From IMG/VR virus record IMGVR_UViG_3300031521_000001: 64,000 nucleotides of DNA. The stretch is one strand, 5' to 3'. The notes under the pieces were generated by a model that saw nothing but the letters and a program-made list of their open reading frames with translations, was not told the DNA's origin and searched no databases. Positions 17,167 to 25,585 of the stretch are shown in pieces (position 1 is the first letter of the stretch; each line of letters opens with the position of its first letter). A program made the translations under genes and the position numbers. The DNA comes from a virus.

Positions 17167-17500
17167 ATCATTTTTATAATTTAATCAATAGTCAGTCCTT
17201 GTAGAGAAATAATAGCAGTCAGTCACTGATCATCTGACATTAGGTTCACACATCATCAAAAATTAATTTGATAGGTAATTTCCACGGTGTAGTTACTATT
17301 TACATTTATAACAAGATAAGTTCTACAGTTCTCATATCTATTTCAATGGACTTTTCATCTTTGATAATTTTCATTATCATTAACTCACCACTATTAGCAT
17401 CAAATTCATCTGGTTCATATATATTTTGTTACAAACATATACACTCTGATTTCAGATATTGCTGATATTTCTTGTTTAAATCTGATTTTTTGATTTAAAT

Positions 17501-17592
17501 TATTGTAGTACAAATATACAAAAAGTTTTTTGTTTTACCAAATATTTTTTGATATTTTTTCTACATTTTTTACTCAAGTACGTTTACAAGAG
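17501..17592. repeat. RB element copy 3 (divergent)
   Basis: attgtagtacaaatatacaaaaagttttttgttttaccaaatatt...actcaagtacgtttacaagag. Confidence 0.65.
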
Positions 17593-17764
17593 TTTTAAAA
17601 AATCAAATCATTTTTCAGTTCTTTTTATCTTCACAGATTAGAAATAACATTTTTTCATTTGTTATATTTACTTCTGTAACATTAAATTTATGTATTTTCA
17701 GTTTCACTATAATCTTGTTCAAGATTAAGGGTGGTTTCCTTACTACTAAATTGTGATTACTTTA

Positions 17765-17833
17765 ATCTAAGTGTGTTCATTTGCACTATCATTCTCTTGC
17801 AAGCTTTGAGAGGTTTTTATACCATTAGATTTT
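17765..17833. repeat. RA unit copy 7 (divergent)
   Basis: ctaagtgtgttcatttgcactatcattctcttgcaagctttgagaggtttttataccattagatt. Confidence 0.7.
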
Positions 17834-17861
17834 TTTCAATCTGAAATTTGATTTGTTTTTA

Positions 17862-17930
17862 TTGTAGTTCAAAATTACAAAAAGTTTTTTGTTTTACCAA
17901 ATATTTAATGTTAAAGTTTTGAACTTTTTT
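17862..17930. repeat. RB element copy 4 (lacks the terminal hairpin)
   Basis: attgtagttcaaaattacaaaaagttttttgttttaccaaatatttaatgttaaagttttgaact. Confidence 0.8.
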
Positions 17931-17971
17931 TCAATTGAAATTTAATTTTTGTGATTATATTTCTTTTGATA

Positions 17972-18056
17972 TTGTAGTGCAAAATTACAAAAAGTTTTTT
18001 GTTTTACCAAATATTTAATGTTAAAGTTTTGAACTTTTTCAAGTACTCTTACTTGA
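17972..18056. repeat. RB element copy 5 (complete, with hairpin)
   Basis: near-identical to copy 1. Confidence 0.8.
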
Positions 18057-18071
18057 AGTTTTTTGTTTTTT

Positions 18072-18135
18072 ATTGTAGTACAAAATTAATAAAAGTTTTT
18101 GATACTACCAAATATTTAATGTTAAAGTTTCAGTT
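18072..18135. repeat. RB element copy 6 (partial), abutting the stop of 18136..18474
   Basis: attgtagtacaaaattaataaaagtttttgatactaccaaatatttaatgttaaagttt. Confidence 0.65.
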
Positions 18136-18474
18136 TTAATATACGCATTCATATCCATCTGAATTCTCAAGTGTTTCAATAATTTCCAATAAAAAATCAT
18201 TAAAGTTTTTACTTGTATAATCTTTTGAAAAGAAATAATGATATTTTTCTAAAATCTCATCTCCTCTATTATAAAACAATTTTAATTTTGTTGCAGTATC
18301 TAATGCATCATCTTTTGACATTTCATGAGCCATATCTGCATAGTGCTCATTTTGACAATATTCATTATCTTGAAATTTCGCACCAATTTCTCTACATAAA
18401 GTTTCAATTAGATGTTCTCTATTTATGCTTGTTATAAACTTAATACCACTTTTTGTAATAATAGTTTTACTCAT
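18136..18474 (-). CDS. hypothetical protein
   Basis: 112-aa ORF; the overlapping plus ORF 18213..18437 is rejected. Confidence 0.7.
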   Translation of the reverse strand: MSKTIITKSGIKFITSINREHLIETLCREIGAKFQDNEYCQNEHYADMAHEMSKDDALDTATKLKLFYNRGDEILEKYHYFFSKDYTSKNFNDFLLEIIETLENSDGYECVY

Positions 18475-18496
18475 ATATTTATGTTTTTAAACTGAA

Positions 18497-18545
18497 TTAC
18501 AAAATTACAAAAAGATTTTCATACTACCAAACATTCACAAGTTAA
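18497..18545. repeat. RB element fragment (copy 7) in an intergenic spacer
   Basis: ctgaattacaaaattacaaaaagattttcatactaccaaacatt. Confidence 0.5.
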
Positions 18546-18549
18546 TTTT

Positions 18550-18894
18550 TCAATTATTTTTAAAATCTTCCAATGTTTTGTAATAACTACACATATTTTC
18601 AATTGAATAGAAAACTAATATATTATTTTTTATTGCAAATTCAACTTCCTTATCTGCACCACTTGATTCTCCTGGTAATCTCAATATACAATCACATACT
18701 GGAATCCACTCAAAATCAATTTTAAGCCAATCTTCATATGGTCTAGGATGAGCCATATGCTGAAAATGTGAATATAATGGTGTAAATGGCACAAAACCTT
18801 TATTCATTAATTCATCTGCTGTGTCCATTTGTATTTTAACATTAACAGCAACATCACCTTTTGTATATGGTGAAGCTATATAAACTTTAATCAT
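18550..18894 (-). CDS. nucleoside 2-deoxyribosyltransferase-like protein (DUF1937/DUF4406-like Rossmann fold)
   Basis: N-terminal VYIASPYTKG and ESSGADKEVEFA motifs resemble the IYLAGP and SxG..E signatures of that family. Confidence 0.5.
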   Translation of the reverse strand: MIKVYIASPYTKGDVAVNVKIQMDTADELMNKGFVPFTPLYSHFQHMAHPRPYEDWLKIDFEWIPVCDCILRLPGESSGADKEVEFAIKNNILVFYSIENMCSYYKTLEDFKNN

Positions 18895-18929
18895 ATTTTT
18901 ATTTTATTTTTTAATATATATATGATATA

Positions 18930-19457
18930 ATGAAAAATATAAAAAGTTTTGATAAATACAATGAAGATGTACTAACTGATGGTTTTACTCCTGAGAATGC
19001 AAGGTATAATGCAGGTATAAAAGCAAATAGAATAATATATCAACTTAAAAATTTATTATTACCTGTTGGTAAATTAACTGAGCAAGTTGTCACAAGGTCA
19101 ATTGAATCAATAAATTCATTAAATAGAATTATTAATGATGAAATTATTGAAGATGATGCTATGATAACTCAATTAAAAAAATCAGATACTTCAAATACAA
19201 TATTTGATGTTATAAAAAATATTGAAGTTAATCAAAATGGTATAAATAGATCTACAAATAAATACTCAGCTACAATAAATACTTTGTGGTTAGGAGGAAA
19301 AAAATATGATTTAATAGTAAAGCCATTATCATTTTGGTTGAATATGGCAAAAAAAGACAGAGAAACAGAAAATAAAATATCCAATCAACTATGTGGTTGG
19401 ATAAATAGTAATATAAATTTAACTATTGAATCATTAAATAAAATAACACACAAATGA
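18930..19457 (+). CDS. hypothetical protein
   Basis: 175-aa ORF. Confidence 0.7.
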   Translation: MKNIKSFDKYNEDVLTDGFTPENARYNAGIKANRIIYQLKNLLLPVGKLTEQVVTRSIESINSLNRIINDEIIEDDAMITQLKKSDTSNTIFDVIKNIEVNQNGINRSTNKYSATINTLWLGGKKYDLIVKPLSFWLNMAKKDRETENKISNQLCGWINSNINLTIESLNKITHK

Positions 19458-19999
19458 GCAAACCAATTAAAATAATAGGTATAATATTATTTAGTTTTAT
19501 ACTTATTTTTATAGCATATGAAATATTCATACCAACTAAAGATTATCCTTTTAGTAAAATTGAAATTGTTAATTATCATCATCTATATAACTTAACAAAT
19601 AGAACTTATCTAGATACAATTGTAGAATCAGGATTACAATCACTTAAAATTGATACTGTTACTGTTGTTATTAAAAATATTGATAAATCATCAATAGTAA
19701 TTAATGGCGAAGATATTGATTTGAAAGCATATATAGTAGTTAATAACGATACATATTATATATTTATTGGTGACTATAGTAGAAATGAAAGTATTACAAT
19801 ATTATCTCATGAATTAATTCATTTAAGACAATATTATGACAAAATGTTATTAATTAGTAGAACAGGAGTTTATTTATGGCTTGGTGATGTTATAGATATA
19901 TCAAATATGGATTATAATCAAAGACCTTGGGAAATAGAAGCATTTGATAATCAATCAGATAATGCAAATGCAATGAAATATATTTTATATAAATTATAA
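19454..19999 (+). CDS. membrane-anchored putative zinc metallopeptidase (HExxH)
   Basis: N-terminal TM segment; SHELIHL motif. Confidence 0.45.
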   Translation: MSKPIKIIGIILFSFILIFIAYEIFIPTKDYPFSKIEIVNYHHLYNLTNRTYLDTIVESGLQSLKIDTVTVVIKNIDKSSIVINGEDIDLKAYIVVNNDTYYIFIGDYSRNESITILSHELIHLRQYYDKMLLISRTGVYLWLGDVIDISNMDYNQRPWEIEAFDNQSDNANAMKYILYKL

Positions 20000-20341
20000 G
20001 TTGAATTTTTTTGATGCATTAATTATATTATAAAACTCTTCTGTTGTAAATTTATTTGGAAAAAAGTATTTACTATCTCCGTCATCTTTATCACAAATAA
20101 TATATCCTTTTTTATCTCTAAGTGTTATTATATCTCCATCACCTATTTTATAAACATTATTATAAGATCTCTTACCATTATATTCTGAATATTTTAAAAT
20201 AGAATCAATAATATATATCTCACCATATTTCAAATAATTACTCTGAAGTCCAATATATATAATTTCATCACCTATTTTTAAATCATTTAAGTAATCAGGA
20301 TTATCATGTTGTACTTCATATATTTTAAAATTTGTTATCAT
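19994..20341 (-). CDS. family A-related small protein on the minus strand (MITNFKIYE...GDEIIY...KKFNL)
   Basis: C-terminal KFNL; ATGA overlap. Confidence 0.7.
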   Translation of the reverse strand: MITNFKIYEVQHDNPDYLNDLKIGDEIIYIGLQSNYLKYGEIYIIDSILKYSEYNGKRSYNNVYKIGDGDIITLRDKKGYIICDKDDGDSKYFFPNKFTTEEFYNIINASKKFNL

Positions 20342-20691
20342 ATATTAAATTTATTAGTTTGTGTTAAAAATTCTAATTTTGATTTATCATCAGATATATG
20401 AATCAATTCTTCTAATGAAAAAGACATGGCATTTTTATATTTTTTGCTATAATCTATTTCGCTATGATAAATTTGATATGATTCTAAATAATCAGGAATA
20501 TAATCAAATTGAACTATAAATCTATCCCAACGATATTTAATATCAATAATTTCTATTATCTGTCCTATATTACTTAATGTAAAACTATTTAGTTCAGTAA
20601 AATCAATACTTTCACATATAACATAATCTCCAATAGATGGTAGTATTGATGATTTTTTATTTTTTTCATATATTTTAAAATCTGTTATCAT
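20338..20691 (-). CDS. family A-related small protein (MITDFKIYE...GDYVI...TNKFNI)
   Basis: paralog. Confidence 0.7.
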   Translation of the reverse strand: MITDFKIYEKNKKSSILPSIGDYVICESIDFTELNSFTLSNIGQIIEIIDIKYRWDRFIVQFDYIPDYLESYQIYHSEIDYSKKYKNAMSFSLEELIHISDDKSKLEFLTQTNKFNI

Positions 20692-20987
20692 ACATTAAAA
20701 TTGTTGGATTTATTAATTAATTTCAGTCTATCTTCTAATATTTTTCTAACTGATGAGTATTTGTATACATCTTTTTTATCTATCCAAAAACCATCTTCAT
20801 GATAATAATCTTTAAAATCAATTTTATATTGTGATTTACTTTTATTTATTATTTTAAAAATATTATTGCTTATTTTGGTTTTATATTGAATATCATAATT
20901 TATTCCTTTAAGAACAGGTATAACATAATAATCAACAGGTATTTCTATCTGGTTATTAACAAATTCATATTTTTTTATATATTTCAT
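20688..20987 (-). CDS. family A-related small protein (MKYIKKYE...SNNFNV)
   Basis: paralog. Confidence 0.7.
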   Translation of the reverse strand: MKYIKKYEFVNNQIEIPVDYYVIPVLKGINYDIQYKTKISNNIFKIINKSKSQYKIDFKDYYHEDGFWIDKKDVYKYSSVRKILEDRLKLINKSNNFNV

Positions 20988-21093
20988 AATTATATTTTAT
21001 AATTTATATTTTTGATATACTATATATTAAAAATAAAAATAACAATCTTATTTTTTTATATATAATATAAACAATAAAACAGCACAATTATAT

Positions 21094-22737
21094 ATGTTAA
21101 AATATGATGATTATAATAAATTGAATGAGGCTTTCTTTCATCGTAGTAAAGATGAGTTAGAAAATCTCATACATTCATTTAAAAGCTTGATTATAAATCT
21201 AAAACAATCAATAGATAAAAAATATACATTAGATTTCTATAAAACTCAAATCAAAGAGGATTTAGAATCATATAAAATAAATATATTGAATAATTACAAT
21301 AAAAATACAATTAGTAAATTTAAAGATTTGTTTAAAGAATTTTTAAATAATGTAGATAATGACATAATTAAGCATATGAAATTAGGTAAATTTGCTAATG
21401 ATATATTAAAGATATATTCTATTAATAATTCTTTTGATATTAACATAAAGAATGTAAATAGTGTGTTTAAAGCTTATCTTGATAATGTTGATAGATATAT
21501 AGACAACACATATGATTTTTTCTACAATAAGATTGAGACTGATAAATCATATGAACCATATAATAAAATTGATATTAAAATAAATAAAGTCCCTATTGAT
21601 GAATATCAAAAAACAAAATACAAATATCAAATTGAGTTATTAAAATTACAAGAATGGATTACATACAACAATAAAAAAGTATTGATTATATTTGAAGGTA
21701 GGGATGCTGCAGGAAAAGGTTCAGCGATTAGAAATATCACAAGATTTCTAGATCCAAAGCATTTTAGAGTACAGACATTTGGTATACCTACAGAAGAAGA
21801 GAGTAATAATTGGTTTGATAGATATGAAAAATCTTTACCTAAAAATGGAGAAATTGTTTTTTTTGATAGATCTTGGTATACAAGAGGTTATGTTGAACCA
21901 GTGATGAAATATTCAACTGAAGATAAATATAATAAATTTATGAAAGAAGTCAATAACTTTGAAGATAAATTAATAGATGATGACATCATACTTATAAAAA
22001 TATGGTTCTCCATATCTCAAGATGTACAAAAAATGAGATTTGAATTAAGAAAATCTAATCCATTGAAATACTGGAAGTTTAGTAAGAATGATGAGCAAAC
22101 ATTAGACAAATGGGATGAATTTACTAAATATATAAATGAGATTTTCAAAAAAACAAATACTAAAGATTCTCCTTGGATAATAATAGATGCTGATGATGAA
22201 AATTATTCAAGATTAGAATCTTTCAATAGTATAATAAAATCAATAGAAAAAGATAAATCAAACATCAAAGAGGGTGGAATAAAAGTAATATTTGAAGATT
22301 TAGATGGACCATTAATTCCATATGATAAAAATTCAGATACCGACTATCATAAATTTTTTAATGATCCAGAAAAATGGAGTAAGACTGCTATGAGCAATTT
22401 AAACAATATTATTGAAAAGACAGAAGCAAAAGTAGTATTATCTTCTTCATATAGAGATGATAAACCATTAAGCGAAATAGAAAAGATGATGAAAACTGCT
22501 GGATTTAAATATAAAATATATGACGTTGTTCCAAATGACAAATCTAAAAAACGTGGATCTGATATAAAAGATTGGTTAAAGAATAATAAATCAGTTAGTA
22601 ATTTTATTATTATTGACGATAATAAGCATGACTTATATGAAGTATTTAGCAAAAAACACATTGTTAAAACTACTCATGAATTAGGAATAACAGATGATAT
22701 TAAAGATGAAGCTATTGATAAATTAAATACTAAATGA
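21094..22737 (+). CDS. ppk2: polyphosphate kinase 2 (PPK2) with an N-terminal extension and a C-terminal HAD-like phosphatase domain
   Basis: Walker A FEGRDAAGKGS and PPK2 motif FFDRSWY; C-terminal HAD motifs FEDLDGPL (I), VVLSSS (II), IIIDDNKHD (IV). Confidence 0.8.
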   Translation: MLKYDDYNKLNEAFFHRSKDELENLIHSFKSLIINLKQSIDKKYTLDFYKTQIKEDLESYKINILNNYNKNTISKFKDLFKEFLNNVDNDIIKHMKLGKFANDILKIYSINNSFDINIKNVNSVFKAYLDNVDRYIDNTYDFFYNKIETDKSYEPYNKIDIKINKVPIDEYQKTKYKYQIELLKLQEWITYNNKKVLIIFEGRDAAGKGSAIRNITRFLDPKHFRVQTFGIPTEEESNNWFDRYEKSLPKNGEIVFFDRSWYTRGYVEPVMKYSTEDKYNKFMKEVNNFEDKLIDDDIILIKIWFSISQDVQKMRFELRKSNPLKYWKFSKNDEQTLDKWDEFTKYINEIFKKTNTKDSPWIIIDADDENYSRLESFNSIIKSIEKDKSNIKEGGIKVIFEDLDGPLIPYDKNSDTDYHKFFNDPEKWSKTAMSNLNNIIEKTEAKVVLSSSYRDDKPLSEIEKMMKTAGFKYKIYDVVPNDKSKKRGSDIKDWLKNNKSVSNFIIIDDNKHDLYEVFSKKHIVKTTHELGITDDIKDEAIDKLNTK

Positions 22738-22741
22738 TATT

Positions 22742-23149
22742 ATGAAATATTTAAAAAAATATGAAATGTTAAACAAATTAGACACATCAGATAATCCTAT
22801 ATTTATAGAATTTATGATTAATTTCATAACATCTTTAGATTATGACTTAACCACAAATTACAATAAAAAATACTCTAGAAATGAGATATTTTTTTATAAC
22901 AAAGATATAAATTCTGAGGGTTTAAAATTTTGTATTGAAATAACAAATGATGAATTAATTTTTAAAAAATACCATAATAATTTTAAGATTATTGAAGAAT
23001 ATTTAGAAACTATCAATGGATTAAATTTAATAAATATTGATCATCACATATACAACTTTAAGATATCAGGAAATACTCTAGATATCGAAGAACAGATAAC
23101 AAAAAAGAATTTTGATATGTTTAGAGAAGCAAATAAATTTAATTTATGA
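22742..23149 (+). CDS. family A protein (MKYLKKYE...ANKFNL)
   Basis: array IV. Confidence 0.75.
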   Translation: MKYLKKYEMLNKLDTSDNPIFIEFMINFITSLDYDLTTNYNKKYSRNEIFFYNKDINSEGLKFCIEITNDELIFKKYHNNFKIIEEYLETINGLNLINIDHHIYNFKISGNTLDIEEQITKKNFDMFREANKFNL

Positions 23150-23487
23150 AATATTTAAAAAAGTTTGAATCTAAAGAAGTAGATTTATTTAATGCTATTG
23201 TAAATGACAACACAAAAAGAGTTGAATATTTAATTAGACTTAATGCTGATATAAACATTCAAGATGCTGAAGGTAGAACTCCATTATTTTATGCAGCAAA
23301 TCATGATTTTATGAGTATTGTTAATATACTTATTGAAGCAGGAGCGGATTGGAATATTATTAACAACAAAGGATATGATTTTACATATTTATTAAGTGAT
23401 AAACAATTTGATTATATTATGAAAAAATATCCTGATGAATATAAAGAATATTTAATGAAAAAAACAGCAAACAAATTTAACTTATGA
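23146..23487 (+). CDS. ankyrin-repeat protein in family A frame
   Basis: NADINIQDAEGRTPLFYAANHDFMSIVNILIEAGADWN. Confidence 0.8.
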   Translation: MKYLKKFESKEVDLFNAIVNDNTKRVEYLIRLNADINIQDAEGRTPLFYAANHDFMSIVNILIEAGADWNIINNKGYDFTYLLSDKQFDYIMKKYPDEYKEYLMKKTANKFNL

Positions 23488-23915
23488 ACCATTTAAAAAT
23501 ATATGATAATTATAAAGATAAAATGAATTCAAAGAACAAATTCAATAATATGATAAATGAGTATATACCAGGATATTACATGATATATAAATCTAATACT
23601 TATCATTGGAAGCAACATAGATACAATGAATATATAGTATTATGTAGAATTATAAATCCAGAAGTTTTTGATGAAGTGGATCTAAGATTAAACATAGATA
23701 TTCTATCTTATTTTTGTGAATTAGAACAACATGAATTAAGGGAAGATGAAAAAATAAAGACTGGAAAACAAATAATAAATCCAAATCATTCAACGTTTGA
23801 AAGATTATTTTTGTCATCGTCATTAAAAACATCTCAAGATAAATTTGAAGAATTGAAAGAAACTACATATTATCAATGGGAATTAAATAAAGTCACAGAT
23901 AAATTTAACTTATGA
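23484..23915 (+). CDS. family A-related protein (MNHLKIYDN...TDKFNL)
   Basis: array IV. Confidence 0.7.
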   Translation: MNHLKIYDNYKDKMNSKNKFNNMINEYIPGYYMIYKSNTYHWKQHRYNEYIVLCRIINPEVFDEVDLRLNIDILSYFCELEQHELREDEKIKTGKQIINPNHSTFERLFLSSSLKTSQDKFEELKETTYYQWELNKVTDKFNL

Positions 23916-24298
23916 AAACATTCAATCAATACAATGAATCTATAAAAAATAAACATTTTCCTATATATTTTAGAAGATATTATGAATCAGGTAGATATAA
24001 AATATCAGATATATATTACGACATTGAACAAGCAAATAAATATAGTATTGAATATGTTCTATTTAATAATACCACTAAAGGAGATGAGTTCTTTTACTTA
24101 TATTTATTTCCATGTAATGAAAATGAATCTAAAATTATTAGTTCTGAGTTAATAGGTATGTTTAATCTATCAAGTATATTTAATGAAGACTTAACAACAG
24201 AAGAAAATATAGAATTAATAAAAACATCAAAAAATGCGAATATTATAAATTTAGAAGATGTAAATTTAATAATAAATTCAAATAAATTTAATATATGA
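23912..24298 (+). CDS. family A variant, N-term MKTFNQYNE (T4 CTS-like), C-term SNKFNI
   Basis: array IV. Confidence 0.75.
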   Translation: MKTFNQYNESIKNKHFPIYFRRYYESGRYKISDIYYDIEQANKYSIEYVLFNNTTKGDEFFYLYLFPCNENESKIISSELIGMFNLSSIFNEDLTTEENIELIKTSKNANIINLEDVNLIINSNKFNI

Positions 24299-24726
24299 AA
24301 ACATTTATACAGTTCAATGAAACTGAAAATTATGGAGAACCAATGTACAGTAATACAAATAGAATAACTCTTAACCTTTATTCTTATAATGACGAAGAAA
24401 ATGATTTTCCTCTTTTAGAACGAGATATCAAAAAATTAGAAGAAAATAATATTTATTATATTATAATTAGTACAACAGACAATTATATTAACTCTACACA
24501 ATTTCAAACAATGTTTAAAATTTATGCATTACCAAAAAATAAAGAACAGAGAGATATAACTTATTATAATATGAATTTTTCTTATAATACTAAAATTAAC
24601 ATAGAATACAATGGTGAAAATTTAGATGAAGTTTTAGATGCAATTAAAAAAAGAAATAAAAATTTTTCAATCATAAATAAAGAAGACTTATATGTTATTA
24701 TAAATTCAAATAAATTTAATATATGA
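24295..24726 (+). CDS. family A variant, N-term MKTFIQFNE (CTS-like), C-term SNKFNI
   Basis: paralog of 23912..24298. Confidence 0.75.
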   Translation: MKTFIQFNETENYGEPMYSNTNRITLNLYSYNDEENDFPLLERDIKKLEENNIYYIIISTTDNYINSTQFQTMFKIYALPKNKEQRDITYYNMNFSYNTKINIEYNGENLDEVLDAIKKRNKNFSIINKEDLYVIINSNKFNI

Positions 24727-25082
24727 AAACATATCAACAATTTAATGAAATGAGCAATGTTGGATGTACTATATTTTTCAAAGTATATTTTAAATTTGAA
24801 AATGTGTATAAACAAATTGAGATATTAGATGAAAATAGAATAGATTATGATATATCTTATCATAATAAATTCATTAAAATAGATGCTTATGCTTATTCTA
24901 TAAGTGAGTATAATTTTCTTATATCAATTGAATTCAAAATAAATAAAAAATCACAAGAACTAATAAATCCAAATATGTCACTTGATAAAATTAGAAGTAT
25001 TGTAAAATCAGACAAAGGTTGGACGCCAACAAGTAAAGAAGAATTACCATACATTAATGATATAAATAAATTCAACTTATGA
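24723..25082 (+). CDS. family A variant, N-term MKTYQQFNE (closest to T4 MKTYQEFIAE), C-term INKFNL
   Basis: array IV. Confidence 0.75.
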   Translation: MKTYQQFNEMSNVGCTIFFKVYFKFENVYKQIEILDENRIDYDISYHNKFIKIDAYAYSISEYNFLISIEFKINKKSQELINPNMSLDKIRSIVKSDKGWTPTSKEELPYINDINKFNL

Positions 25083-25585
25083 AATATATAAAAAGATTTG
25101 AAAGTATAATAACAGAATTGAATTACTCAAGTAAAGGATTAACTTCTTTACCTGAGTTGCCTGATACATTAAAGAATTTGGGATGTCATCATAATAAATT
25201 AAGATATCTACCAGAATTACCAACTACATTAGAAGAATTGTTTTGTGGCGATAATGAGTTAAAAAAATTGCCAACTTTACCAAACACAATAACAAATTTA
25301 ATGATTCATCATAATGATTTGACAGAATTGCCAGATCTACCAGATTCATTGATAAATTTTTCATGTGGGCATAATAATTTAACTGAAATACCAAAATTAC
25401 CAAATAATTTAGTATATTTTTTATGTGATAATAATAATTTATCTGAATTACCAGAAATGCCAGAAACTGTAACTCAATTTAGTTGTAAGTATAATAATTT
25501 ACCATATGAAGATTTGAATGGATATTGGGATTGGTTTTATGATAGAAATCCAGAAAGAAAACAAGCAAAAAAATTCAACTTATGA
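25079..25585 (+). CDS. leucine-rich-repeat protein in family A frame (MKYIKRFE...AKKFNL)
   Basis: about 7 tandem LRRs of 20-22 aa (LPELPDTLKNLGCHHNKLRYLPELPTTLEELFCGDNELKKLPTLPNTITNL...). Confidence 0.8.
   Translation: MKYIKRFESIITELNYSSKGLTSLPELPDTLKNLGCHHNKLRYLPELPTTLEELFCGDNELKKLPTLPNTITNLMIHHNDLTELPDLPDSLINFSCGHNNLTEIPKLPNNLVYFLCDNNNLSELPEMPETVTQFSCKYNNLPYEDLNGYWDWFYDRNPERKQAKKFNL

Noticed and set aside
16236-17465. ORFs 16236..16508, 16801..17043, 17268..17465 inside the repeat island
   Set aside because: The translations are readthrough of the RA/RB repeat units (repeating LHYLLLQASRW... peptides), so they are produced by repeat periodicity rather than coding selection. There is no start context and no gene-like spacing.
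16040-18135. CRISPR array interpretation of the repeat island
   Set aside because: Units are 83-115 bp and near-identical along their full length. The variable tails are themselves related. There are no unique spacers of regular length and no cas genes nearby. This behaves as a minisatellite plus MITE-like repeats, not repeat-spacer architecture.
18213-18437. Plus ORF 18213..18437
   Set aside because: Embedded antisense within 18136..18474. Low-complexity translation.
22347-22661. Minus ORF 22347..22661
   Set aside because: Antisense to the C-terminal HAD-like domain of the PPK2 fusion, which has clear motifs in the plus frame.
23650-25075. Minus ORFs 23650..23832, 24582..24815, 24893..25075
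   Set aside because: Antisense to array IV family A members whose conserved termini and ATGA coupling define the plus frames.
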